Of a stretch of DNA of 64,000 nucleotides, positions 51,501 to 59,727 are shown one piece after another; the stretch's first letter is position 1; the number at the start of each line of letters is the position of its first letter. The position numbers and the translations under genes are program-made. Source of the DNA: Candidatus Multivoradales bacterium (GTDB lineage: Bacteria; Acidobacteriota; Thermoanaerobaculia; Multivoradales; J023); NCBI GenBank assembly GCA_965248925.1, contig CBDFLE010000006.1:1600001-1664000 (forward strand), given 5' to 3'. The notes below the pieces were generated by a model. That model was not told the origin of the DNA and searched no databases. It was given only the letters and a program-made list of their open reading frames with translations.

Positions 51501-53554
51501 CCGGTGCAGTCCACCGCCGTCGACTTGCGCAGGCTGCCGCTGGCGTAGACGTGGTCGGTGCGGTAGGTCGGGCCGGACAAGCCGAGGCTGCACAAGGAGC
51601 CGGTGCCGAGGTTCTGGGTGTCGCCGCCATAAATCCGCTGGCGGGTGACGAAGCCGTTGGTCGAAGTGAGGAGGCTCACCACATCGCGGCTCTGACGGCT
51701 GCTGCCAGCCAGCTGGCGGCGGCGTTCGAGAAAGCCGGTGGTGCTACTGAAGCAGAACTCGGCCTTTTCTGTGGTTCCGCCTTCGCTCACCGACTGCTCG
51801 TCCCAGGTCTCCAGGATCCAGCGTGCGTTGTGGCTTGGCAGCACGAAATCGGTTGCCGGATCGATCGAGCTGTCGTCGGGGTTGGCGATGATGTAGGTGC
51901 CGCTGTTGGCGTTGTAGGTGGTGCTGCTGGTGCGCACGTCGGCGGCGCCGAAGCTGCCGCCGGTGGTCATGGTGCGGAAGTGGCCCAGGCCATCGAAGTC
52001 CGAGAAGGTGACTTCGCGGAACTTGCCGCCGTCGTCGTGGAAGGTCTCCTTGCGGTAGCGCAAGCGGTGGGCCTTCTCGTTGTAGTTGCCGGCGTCGCGG
52101 CCATCGCTGTCGAACTCAACGAAGATCGAGCGGAGCTTGGTTCCGCCAGCGTTGAAGAGTTCTTGGGAAAGGAAGGGGCCGGCTTCTGAGAAGCTGCCAC
52201 TGATGGGATCGCAGTAGGTGTAGGGCAGGCCGTAGGACCAGCGATTGTTGGCGCCGACGGTGGAGAAATAGCTCACCGTTTCGAAGCCCAGCGGATCAGT
52301 CACTTTCATCGAGTGGAAGCAGGGGTGGCCCAGCGGATCGCCGGGGGCTTGCGGGTTTGCGGTGTCGTAGCTGTAGTTCCAGGTGGCGTAGGGGGTGGTG
52401 TCGCCGTCGTCGAGGAAGAGATGTTTGCTCTTGACTCCCCGCGCCACCGTGCCCCAGTCAGGAGCATGGAAGAGGTCGGCCAGCTGGGTTTGGAAGGGGA
52501 AGAGCTGGTAGTCGTAGCCGTAGGCGCCACCGGTGGGCAGGCGCAGTTTCGACAGGCCACCGGAGAGCAGGTTGTCGACGGTCAGGTAGTCCATCTCGTA
52601 GAACGAACCGTCGGGCAACACCACCCGGTCGAGCACCTGGGTGGTGAGGGTGTGCTCGGCTATCGGCACGCAGCCGGGACGGAAGCCGAACTGCCGTTCG
52701 AGGGTCTCGGTGCGGTACTGAAAGAGGAAGGTCGAGTTGCTTTGGCTGCCGAAGGCTTCGAGCCTCACCGTAGCGACTCTGCCACCGACAAAATCCACCG
52801 TGTGAGTGCGCCCTTGGCTGTCGGTCAATGTCCAGTCGCCATCGTTGGCATAGCGCACATTGATCCAATTGCCGAAGCGATCCTCCATCCGCGTCAGGCG
52901 CCAAATGTCCCTTACGGTAGCGTAGTTATGAAATTCATGCAGCTCGCCGCCAGGAAATTCTATGGTGAAGCAGCTCTGATCGACAAACGTACCAGCGGGC
53001 AGCTCGCACACTCCCGGATTGCGTCGGCGGAGGCGCAAATAGGTACTGTCGTTGGTGAACCAGGTGCTGGGCTGCGGGGTCGCTGGAAAGCCACCGGGGT
53101 GTAGCTCGGTGTAAAACCTGTGCTCGCCGCCGCTTGGATCGACGTAAATCTCAGGCGTTGTCGTCGGACTGTTACGCGGCGCGATCAGCTCTCCGAGGCT
53201 GACTCGCCAGCCGAAGCCTGCCCGGGTCTGGAGATCCTGGATCGGCAGACTGTAGGTGCGCAGCATGAACGGTGGGTTGATGTCCTGGCATTGGTGGTTC
53301 TCGTCGTACTCCCAGCCGCCAGAGCTGTACGAGGCGGTCAAGCTGAAGCTCAGGGACGGGCCGACGGGGTAGGTGATTCCGATCGGCAGAGATACGGTAA
53401 GGCTGCCGTTGAAAAGGTTGATTTGATCCAGGTCGCTGATCTGGTAGGCGGTGTCGGCGGTCACTCCGCGCTGGTGGCTCGGGGGGAGTTGCGCGGTCAG
53501 CGGCAGGGCGATGCAGAGGCCGAGAAGGATGAGGGTGAGAGGTCTAATTCGCAT
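48548..53554 (-). CDS. Sec-secreted RHS/YD-repeat polymorphic toxin
   Basis: Signal peptide, many YD repeats, core HLDHLGTPR..YYPFG..KFTGHERD..DYMHAR..GRFLSVDP..NSPINQVDPDG, then a hydrophobic helix and a ~90-aa lower-GC tip. Confidence 0.93.
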   Translation of the reverse strand: MRIRPLTLILLGLCIALPLTAQLPPSHQRGVTADTAYQISDLDQINLFNGSLTVSLPIGITYPVGPSLSFSLTASYSSGGWEYDENHQCQDINPPFMLRTYSLPIQDLQTRAGFGWRVSLGELIAPRNSPTTTPEIYVDPSGGEHRFYTELHPGGFPATPQPSTWFTNDSTYLRLRRRNPGVCELPAGTFVDQSCFTIEFPGGELHEFHNYATVRDIWRLTRMEDRFGNWINVRYANDGDWTLTDSQGRTHTVDFVGGRVATVRLEAFGSQSNSTFLFQYRTETLERQFGFRPGCVPIAEHTLTTQVLDRVVLPDGSFYEMDYLTVDNLLSGGLSKLRLPTGGAYGYDYQLFPFQTQLADLFHAPDWGTVARGVKSKHLFLDDGDTTPYATWNYSYDTANPQAPGDPLGHPCFHSMKVTDPLGFETVSYFSTVGANNRWSYGLPYTYCDPISGSFSEAGPFLSQELFNAGGTKLRSIFVEFDSDGRDAGNYNEKAHRLRYRKETFHDDGGKFREVTFSDFDGLGHFRTMTTGGSFGAADVRTSSTTYNANSGTYIIANPDDSSIDPATDFVLPSHNARWILETWDEQSVSEGGTTEKAEFCFSSTTGFLERRRQLAGSSRQSRDVVSLLTSTNGFVTRQRIYGGDTQNLGTGSLCSLGLSGPTYRTDHVYASGSLRKSTAVDCTGTAILTLADYDIDSDTGLVATSRDAAGLGTSFTYDRLGRLTGQRPAELGWTQWTYTLPTTANPSLAPKLTEQQCQPFQTSCSGTDLMSFREHRYDGLGRRLQQTVRIPVANAGQTELWHRYTTWNPRHWKTDESVWTTASAAGESRRTTYIAYDRFGRPGRVKPPEQPATFFTYQGDRVQTRRFKVQLTSGQQDTYVTEIMDGQGRLAEVCEGSSAPWSGSCGGGGLLTRYSYDDGGRLTKVCQNLAGSTCGQTRLFDYDGRGFLLSETHPEIGPSGNGRIDYRYDAGGNATSKDLIGSTAFDLSFDFDAAGRLIRVLESSNGAGSTPRLQKQFRYARANSGSDHRAGKLVQTVRHNWVDIQNPLAPEPGFLDVKLSESFRYTGRQGLMSEKQTRYQFFAGNYAFTTGFVYDTQGNLSQLDYPSCQHADGGCATNDPQRTVNFNYEKGMLRSVPGFANNLTYQSGGMLHQLTHGDGVVDTQEVSSSNGLARPHQLTTSAGWSSGIFAYDGAGNISAIGNLDYRYDRLGRLRSGQTSVGATRFTQTATYDNFGNIQQLSTPGFVALNLNPSTTTNRLGLSGAQYDAAGNLTDITLGSESFDYAFDGANMMKHLRSNTDQARVFIYNASDERILTFDCFGPGATSTCTTQPASLTWTLRGLGNEVLRIYDQPAGGAFSWSRDYVHRGGQPLATIEPDGSGGEMTSHLHLDHLGTPRQITRGGQQVALHNYYPFGQEATSAGADEILLKFTGHERDKTGTGVRSELDYMHARHCNPVVGRFLSVDPSLGSRSSPQSWNRFSYVSNSPINQVDPDGRLAFLVTAFLGGVVDVGFQVAINAIAGDDLTTGVGTAFLTGAATGATGVGLFKVVSKGVKLTKAVKRAKRIKKLRQAAQARRGAEAVGDALSGLRAGSSSSVKVVESADDLGGIFGRLSRGGTPVDATRYPGKLVKLPDGTTVGLRTGSKSGGPTIDIKLPSGARRKVHVQQ

Positions 53555-53567
53555 AATTGTTCCTCAC

Positions 53568-53981
53568 TCAGCAGCTAGAGGTGGCACAGGTCTCGGTCCA
53601 ATTCGTGCTATTCCCCGACTCGAAGTTGTCGCTAAAGAGAGATTCGGGCGGCATCACCTGGATGGTGGCGGTGGCAAAATTCTGCGACTCGTCCTCGATC
53701 CGGTAGGTCACCGTACAAGCCGTTCGCACCGCCGGGGTCGGGGTCAGCCGGACGACATCAAACAGCACTTCGAAAGTCAGCGGACAAGTGGTCGAGAGGA
53801 CCGTCAGGCTGAGGGCCTCGCCGTCGGGCTCTTGGTCGTTGGCCAGCACATCGACCAGTACTGGGGTGGCGACGAGCAGCACTTCGTCGTCAACCGCGAT
53901 CGGATGGTTGTCGCATTGGGCCAGAAGCGGGGCCGAAGTCAGGCAGGCCAGGAGCAGGAGTGGTGCGAGTCTTCGGTGCAT
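53568..53981 (-). CDS. Small secreted cadherin/Ig-like protein
   Basis: Signal peptide, NHPIAVDD..VDVLAND.EPDGEAL..TYRIED, C-terminal LFSDNFESG. Confidence 0.75.
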   Translation of the reverse strand: MHRRLAPLLLLACLTSAPLLAQCDNHPIAVDDEVLLVATPVLVDVLANDQEPDGEALSLTVLSTTCPLTFEVLFDVVRLTPTPAVRTACTVTYRIEDESQNFATATIQVMPPESLFSDNFESGNSTNWTETCATSSC

Positions 53982-54115
53982 TTCTTCACCCCTAAGTTGG
54001 GTTAGTGGCGTAGTTGCTAAAACTCTCGTGCTTGACGGTCGCTTCCAGGGATCGTCTACGTTGGAGAGCAGCAAACTCTAACATTTGCCAGCAAGCTGTG
54101 CTTGCCGAGGTGGGT

Positions 54116-54165
54116 GGCACGTCTGTTGGGGGCACGTCTGTTGGGGGCACGTCTGTTGGGGGCAC
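54116..54165. repeat. 15-bp tandem repeat, three copies plus a partial
   Basis: (GGCACGTCTGTTGGG)x3 + GGCAC between the divergent RHS operon and AraC gene. Confidence 0.9.
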
Positions 54166-54579
54166 TGTCATTGGCACGCCGCCAAGCCCCGTTTGGATCT
54201 CACGCGCCGGCAGGCAGCCGTTGCGCGCGGACGCTGCCAACCGGCCTCGTCGCGCTCTTGTTGGCGCTCGGCGAGAAACGGGCCGACCTCCGCTTAAATC
54301 GTTTCGGCTAACAACTCAGGATACGCCACCTGATTTTTCTCCCCATTCACCGGTTTCGACCATAGCTCCCCCGAACAGAGAGTAGGGCTTCTGCTGAGGA
54401 TGGCGCGAGACACCTTTGCGGCCGCCGCCGAAATGATACGCCTAAATGAGAAGTCGAGAGACGATGCAGGCAGCCTGAGGTGGCTGCAGTGAGTTCGAAA
54501 GCGCAGAGTGGAAGGGCAAGGCTTCTGGTAAGGTAGGTCGCGCAGCTGAAGAGTCATCGGAATCCTGGGGAGGAGCAGC

Positions 54580-56283
54580 ATGGGACTTGACCAAGACCAC
54601 GCCTTGCTCGGTGACGCTGCCGAAGCCAGTCTGGAGCAGGTCAGAAAGGATCTGGCGGAGGCCAAAGGCAGGCCCCAGCAGGTGCTGGCGCATCTGCAGG
54701 ACTTTCTCTTCGATCCGGGCTTGGATGTCAAGCAGCTGCGGCGAGTCTGCGGAATCTCGGCCCGGTCGGTGAGCGGTGAGTTTGCCAAGGCAGTGGGTAC
54801 GCCGCTGGCGATCTACGTCCGAGAAAAGCGCCTGGAAACCGCCAAGCGCCTGCTGCGCCACACCGCCTTGCCGGTGTCGAAGATCAGCGATTTGGTGGGT
54901 TACGATCAGCCGCAGAGCTTCTCCCGAGCTTTTACCGAGTGGAACGGCTCCAGCCCCACAGCTTCGCGTCTACTGGTGAAGAAAAGCTCACGGTTGCGCA
55001 GCGTGCCGTCCGACAAGATGCTGGACAAAGAGTTCATGAATCGGGTGATGCTTGGCCAGATCGACAAGCAGGAAGAGGAACAAGTCGGCCATCATCTGCA
55101 AGCGGTCTACCCGAGAACCTTCAGTCCCAACCCGCCAGGGCAGAACAGCGATTCCGAGCCCCGCCTGGAGCGGGTTGACGGGCGCGAGTGGGAGCGCATC
55201 AAGGCCATTGAGCTGTGGCGAGAGATTGCCGAGCAACCGCTGGAGCAGCAGCGCCAGCGAGTGTGCCAGGTAGCGTTCCACACCAAGGCTTTCTCCAGTC
55301 TGCTGCTGCGCAAGAGCCGCGAAGAGGGTCGCAAGGACCGCCAACGTGGGGTTGATATCGCCCTCTTGGCACTCGACAGCCTCGACACCAGCGTTGGCGC
55401 TGGGCTGCTGGGCGACGATCCCCGCATCTTGCGCGCCCAAGCCTGGGCCTGGGTCGGCAACGCCCGTCGCCTGGCCCTCGGCTTCCCCGGCGCCGAACAA
55501 GCCTTCGACCGGGCAGAGATCGAGCTGGGGCAGCGGTTTGGGCGCCACCCGCAATTCGTCAAAGCCGAGATTCTTCTCTGTAGGGGTGCGCTACGTCTAG
55601 ATCAGCGATGTTTCCAAGAAGCGCTCGTTCTGGCCGATCGCGCGGTGCCTATTTTCTGCGAGTCGGACGATCTGCATCGCTACCTGGAAGCGCGGATTTT
55701 CCGGGCTCGCGTCCTTTGCTATACAGGTGACGCCATGGCGATCGAAGAGCTCGGCGAGACTCTACGGGATCTGGCAAAGAAGCCGCAGAGGCGGCTTGAG
55801 CTTACCGCCCTCTTGCTACTGGCAATTTCCCAGGCTCTCGATGACCAGCACCAACTAGCTCGCGCAACTGTGGACAGGGCCAAAGTGCTTGCTGTTGGAT
55901 TCTCCAGCCTGTCTGTCTACGCTCACCTGGATTGGGTGGACGCCCTGGTGGCCGGCGCGGAGGGGGCGTTGGCCGATGCAGAGACTCTGCTGACTTCAGC
56001 CAGGGAAGCCTTCGGCCGCTGTGGCGAGATCGATTCTCGGGTCGGCGTTGCTCTTGACTTGGCAATCCTCCACGATAGGCAGGGTCGCTACTCGGAAGTG
56101 AAAGAATTCGTAGCCGAGGCCCTGCCAGTTCTTGAGGCGTTCAAGTTTGAAGGTGAGGTTTCCAAGGCCCTCGCTCTGCTGAAAAAGGCAGCTGCCCACA
56201 GCCAACCGGCTCTTGAGAGCCTGTTGCTGGCCAGGGCGGCCATTCAAATGGTGCTCCGGCTACCACCTACCATCGGGGAATAA
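54580..56283 (+). CDS. N-terminal AraC HTH regulator with C-terminal TPR-like helices
   Basis: YVREKRLETAKRLLRHTALPVSKISDLVGYDQPQSFSRAFTEWNGSSPT; RAQAWAWVGNARRL-type helical repeats; RBS GGAGGAG. Confidence 0.85.
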   Translation: MGLDQDHALLGDAAEASLEQVRKDLAEAKGRPQQVLAHLQDFLFDPGLDVKQLRRVCGISARSVSGEFAKAVGTPLAIYVREKRLETAKRLLRHTALPVSKISDLVGYDQPQSFSRAFTEWNGSSPTASRLLVKKSSRLRSVPSDKMLDKEFMNRVMLGQIDKQEEEQVGHHLQAVYPRTFSPNPPGQNSDSEPRLERVDGREWERIKAIELWREIAEQPLEQQRQRVCQVAFHTKAFSSLLLRKSREEGRKDRQRGVDIALLALDSLDTSVGAGLLGDDPRILRAQAWAWVGNARRLALGFPGAEQAFDRAEIELGQRFGRHPQFVKAEILLCRGALRLDQRCFQEALVLADRAVPIFCESDDLHRYLEARIFRARVLCYTGDAMAIEELGETLRDLAKKPQRRLELTALLLLAISQALDDQHQLARATVDRAKVLAVGFSSLSVYAHLDWVDALVAGAEGALADAETLLTSAREAFGRCGEIDSRVGVALDLAILHDRQGRYSEVKEFVAEALPVLEAFKFEGEVSKALALLKKAAAHSQPALESLLLARAAIQMVLRLPPTIGE

Positions 56284-56680
56284 AGTAGTGCCTCTGCCGG
56301 GATCCTCCGAGAGGGTCGAGGCCGGGCCCCCAATCTGCTGGTGACGGTCGGCGGTCACCGTTCGATCTCGAATTCCCCATAGCTAACTCCTTCTCCCGGT
56401 TGGCACAAGCCGACTCTGCATGAGCCTGTTGCCCGACCGGCTTGGGGGAACCCTAGCGACAAAGGCGCCACATTGCGCTGCCGAAATGCGATGAGGTCAG
56501 CCAGATTGCTGTGTCCTACTGCTATGTCGGCTGCCAGAGCCGATTCTGGGGATCTGATCTCTGTAGTGCTGGCGGCCACTTTGTGCAGAGACTTGCTCCT
56601 GACGTTCGCTACGCCCCGGCAGAAGATCTCGACAGCAAGAACGACCGCCACCGCAGCCGGTCGACCCTGTGGAGATCACC

Positions 56681-56932
56681 ATGCAAGACCCCGAACTCAA
56701 CACCACCCCCCAGCCACCGCCCGGCTGGCGCTACTCGTCCAATGGCCGGGCGACTCTCGACAAGGACTACGCCTTCACCCACTGGCGTGAGGCGCTGATC
56801 TTTATCGAGCTGGTGCTTTACCTCGGCGAGCTGGCCGGCCTGCTGCCGGGGATCGTGATCTGCGGCTCGCGGGTGGCGATCGAGCTTGGGGCTGATGAAG
56901 TTCAGTTCGCTCGCCTTCTCGACCCGCCTTGA
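56681..56932 (+). CDS. Small protein, weak pterin-carbinolamine dehydratase (PCD)-like
   Basis: PPGWRY..TLDKDYAFTHWREALIFI; RBS GGAG. Confidence 0.5.
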   Translation: MQDPELNTTPQPPPGWRYSSNGRATLDKDYAFTHWREALIFIELVLYLGELAGLLPGIVICGSRVAIELGADEVQFARLLDPP

Positions 56933-57052
56933 ATGGGTGGTCACCAGACTTTGTGGGTGGGTGCCCGCGTCCCTCCCCCCTCCGGGCCGGAGATTGCTGT
57001 CGCCGGTCAGGAGGTACTTTTCTCTACCTCTCACCTCGAAGGAGGGACGGCG

Positions 57053-57361
57053 ATGAAACCCGAACGCATTCAACTCGGCCTCAAGAGCCTGATCCACTGG
57101 CGCCAGTCTGGCGAGACGGAGCAAGCCATCGTTCGCCATTACCGCTTTGTCGACTCGGCTGCCACCGTCCGCTTCCTGCGCGAAAGCCTGGAGCTGGCGG
57201 AGCACCAGCAGCTGCCGATCGAGTTGCACCTGAAGAACGACGCGCTGAGTGCGCGGCTGCCCGGCGATTCAGCCTCTGAGCTGACTGAAGGGCACTTTTC
57301 TTTGGCCAGAGCGATCGAAAGCCGAGCGCTCGGCGTCACATTGGTGATCCGCGGTGAGTAG
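57053..57361 (+). CDS. PCD-like protein lacking the catalytic His motif
   Basis: LIHW..AIVRHYRFVDSAATVRFL..LAEHQQLPIEL..LTEGHFSLARAIE; RBS GGAGG. Confidence 0.6.
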   Translation: MKPERIQLGLKSLIHWRQSGETEQAIVRHYRFVDSAATVRFLRESLELAEHQQLPIELHLKNDALSARLPGDSASELTEGHFSLARAIESRALGVTLVIRGE

Positions 57362-57749
57362 CCAGCGGCAGCACGGCCGCTCGCCTAGCAGCCTGCCGAT
57401 AGGCGATCACGAGCTAAGACAGCTGGTGCATCACTGCACCGACCGGCTGGTCGAGGTTGAGGAGCGTTTGAACGATCCCCGCCTGCACCGGCTCACCGAT
57501 GCCAACATCAGCGGTCCAATCAGCACCGTGGACCTGGCGGCGATCCTGCTGAATGGCCTCTACAAACTCCACATCAAGCCGGTGGCAGCCTTGCTGCAAA
57601 TGATCGACCTGGCGGTGGATCCCGACAGCGAGGGTTGCGAGCCAGCCAAAGAGATGCTGCGCGACTGCCTCTTGCGCCCGCTGCCAGCGGCAGCAGCGGT
57701 GGAAGCGGGGCTGCGGATTCTCGGCGGCAATCGGGAGGAAGATCCATGA
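57354..57749 (+). CDS. Hypothetical protein
   Basis: Overlaps the upstream stop; host-like codon usage. Confidence 0.5.
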   Translation: MSSQRQHGRSPSSLPIGDHELRQLVHHCTDRLVEVEERLNDPRLHRLTDANISGPISTVDLAAILLNGLYKLHIKPVAALLQMIDLAVDPDSEGCEPAKEMLRDCLLRPLPAAAAVEAGLRILGGNREEDP

Positions 57750-57828
57750 CCGCCGGTGCCTGCAACCCATCCGCCGACGCGCTCGCCGACCACCCTAGCG
57801 CGTGGGTACCGAACAGCGAGGAGATGCT

Positions 57829-58527
57829 GTGAGTGACCCGCAGGACACCAGTTTCTACATGATCAAGTTCATGGAAAACGTCGCGGAGAAGTTCGAGTCG
57901 GACGAATTCGAGAGCTTCCCCGAAGATATACAAAGCAGCCTGCGGGCGCTGCATCACGGCGTGCTCTCGAAAATGTACCAGGCCCAGGTGCAGAATGCCG
58001 AGCTGAGCAGTTTCATCGAGCCTTTTCTGGCGGCGATCGAGACCGCGACCCAGAATCTTGCCGGGCCACAGGATCGTGCCACCGAGGCTGACACTTACGA
58101 GCCGGCACAGCCATTCGATGCCCACCCGGTAAAGGCGATGATGCCTGATGCCCCCCGAGAGGGCGAAGCCTTCCGCCCCTACCTCTACCATCCCTTCCGG
58201 GAATCTTGCTTGGCCGAACTCTCACCCGCCCGCGCGGAGCTGGTGCGCCGCTTCGGCATCCTGATTTGCACCGCGCTGGGCGCGTCTGCCATCTCCGGGC
58301 ACGATCGAGAATGGGAGGTCCGCGGTGGACTGCTCGACATCGAGCACGCCTTGCGAGCGCTCGGTGAGTACCCGGACCCTGGCGAGACACCGCTGAGCCG
58401 GCCACTCAAGGGTTGGTGTAAGCGCCTGTGGGTGATTGCCACCGAAATGCGAGAGGCCTTTGGTCGGCTGCCCAGCGAGCAGCCGGGCGCGGCTGCTGCC
58501 CAAGGAAGGTCACCTATCCACGGCTGA
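57829..58527 (+). CDS. Hypothetical protein
   Basis: GAGGAG RBS before GTG 57829; host-like codon usage. Confidence 0.55.
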   Translation: MSDPQDTSFYMIKFMENVAEKFESDEFESFPEDIQSSLRALHHGVLSKMYQAQVQNAELSSFIEPFLAAIETATQNLAGPQDRATEADTYEPAQPFDAHPVKAMMPDAPREGEAFRPYLYHPFRESCLAELSPARAELVRRFGILICTALGASAISGHDREWEVRGGLLDIEHALRALGEYPDPGETPLSRPLKGWCKRLWVIATEMREAFGRLPSEQPGAAAAQGRSPIHG

Positions 58528-58550
58528 TGATCGACGGCAGGGCAACGCTT

Positions 58551-58613
58551 CATCACCAACTGATACTCATCGCCGCGCCGCTTCCAGCCGGAGAGCTGCT
58601 CGAACCCTGAGCC
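58551..58613 (-). pseudogene. Internally deleted duplicate of the antitoxin at 59350-59592
   Basis: CATCACCAACTGATACTCATCGCCGCGCCGCTTCCAGCCGGAGA is near-identical to 59446-59489, then skips about 41 bp to GCTGCTCGAACCCTGAGCC. Confidence 0.7.
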
Positions 58614-58650
58614 GAGTTCGCAGTGGTGCCCTTGCAGGATAGCGACGACG

Positions 58651-58900
58651 ATGCCGCCTACAGGCAGCAAGACTCCCGAAGAGCGCCTCAGGGCCTTGGA
58701 ATTGATGCGGAGCGTGGTCTGTGGCTACGGTGAAGATCCCCCCAGACTTCAGAGAGTTCTTACAGTTATTACTCGCCAACGACGTTGAGTACCTGCTGAT
58801 CGGCGGCTATGCCGTGGGCTATCACGGCTACCCCAGGGCAACCCTCGATCTCGATGTCTGGGTCAGCAGATCTGAAGACAACGCCGGACGCCTTGCTAGG
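58651..58900 (+). pseudogene. Truncated nucleotidyltransferase pair (small partner fragment plus NTase N-terminus)
   Basis: SKTPEERLRALELMR..RLQRVL fragment overlapping PPDFREFLQLL..VEYLLIGGYAV.YHGYPRATLDLDVWV, which breaks off after about 60 aa. Confidence 0.65.
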
Positions 58901-58910
58901 CCGACTGGAC

Positions 58911-59372
58911 CTAATCGAAAGTCTCTAGGATCTCAGCCGGCGCTTGCTCCGGCGACTCGAAGGGATTCACCACCCGCAGCTGACCGAAGAGCTGGCCGTG
59001 GTTGAGATCCTCGGTCAGCAGCACCTGGCAATCGCAGATCTGGGCGGCCGCGATGATCAGCGCATCCCACCACGAAAGGGAGTGGCGCTCGTACTGAACC
59101 CAAGCTCGTTCCATGACCGCAAGATCGATCGGCAGGGCTCGCCAAGAGGTGAGGTCGCGAATCAACTGCTGGGCCTGCCCGGCATCCATCCCAGGCTTCA
59201 GCTTGTGGGTGAGGGTGACGTAAAGTTCCTGCAACACCTGATAGCTAAGATGCCCCGAACGTTGGCGCCAAAGAAGGCTGAGCCAGTCGGCGGCCCTCGG
59301 CTGCTTGGCAGGCTCGCTGGAATCATGGCGATAGACCAAGACGTTGGTGTCAACGAAGACTGGCACGGTCAT
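58911..59372 (-). CDS. PIN-domain toxin
   Basis: VFVDTNVLVY, SYQVLQELY, LSWWDALIIAAA..LLTEDL.HGQ..VVNPF. Confidence 0.92.
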   Translation of the reverse strand: MTVPVFVDTNVLVYRHDSSEPAKQPRAADWLSLLWRQRSGHLSYQVLQELYVTLTHKLKPGMDAGQAQQLIRDLTSWRALPIDLAVMERAWVQYERHSLSWWDALIIAAAQICDCQVLLTEDLNHGQLFGQLRVVNPFESPEQAPAEILETFD

Positions 59373-59592
59373 GGAGAGACTCCCGAGTCGGGTAGCGAAC
59401 TTCTGGCCGTTTCAACCCGACGGGCTCCGCGGATAGGCAGCGATCCATCGCCAACTGATACTCGTCGCCGCGCCGCATCCAGCCGGAGATTCGCTCACTC
59501 AGCCATCGCGAGACACTGCGATCATCCTCAGCAGCTCGAACTCTGAGCCACAGAGCAACTTCCTCTGGCAATGTGATGGTGACGTTCTTCAT
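59350..59592 (-). CDS. CopG/RHH antitoxin
   Basis: MKNVTITLPEEVALWLRVRAAEDDRSVSRWL..YPTRESLHDR. Confidence 0.85.
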   Translation of the reverse strand: MKNVTITLPEEVALWLRVRAAEDDRSVSRWLSERISGWMRRGDEYQLAMDRCLSAEPVGLKRPEVRYPTRESLHDRASLR

Positions 59593-59598
59593 CACAAA

Positions 59599-59627
59599 AA
59601 ATTAGTGCAACACGAGTTCCGTGTCAA
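59599..59627 (-). promoter_or_regulatory. Promoter of the PIN TA operon
   Basis: Minus strand TTGACA-17-TAATTT with CAC..GTG dyads, a few nt before the start codon. Confidence 0.55.
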
Positions 59628-59651
59628 GATAAGTTACAAAAGAAACTCGCC

Positions 59652-59727
59652 GACGCCTCCGGCGTCTTGCTGGCTCCGCCAGCAGGGCCGCTCCGCGACC
59701 CCGCGCTCCGCGCCTGGGCTACCGCCC
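59652..59727 (-). repeat. Tandem hairpins downstream of DGR VR1
   Basis: Sense strand: GGGC-GGTA-GCCC, GCGC-GGA-GCGC, GGGTCGC-GGA-GCGGCCC, TGCTGGC-GGA-GCCAGCA, GACGCC-GGA-GGCGTC. Confidence 0.85.

Noticed and set aside
5534-52189. Many long antisense or alternate-frame ORFs (e.g. 5534-6508, 10690-11748, 15922-17073, 46830-48092)
   Set aside because: Shadow ORFs expected in high-GC DNA overlapping well-supported genes; no recognisable motifs.
53992-54385. ORFs with PPTDV or GGTSV repeats
   Set aside because: By-products of the 15-bp tandem repeat with no other coding signal.
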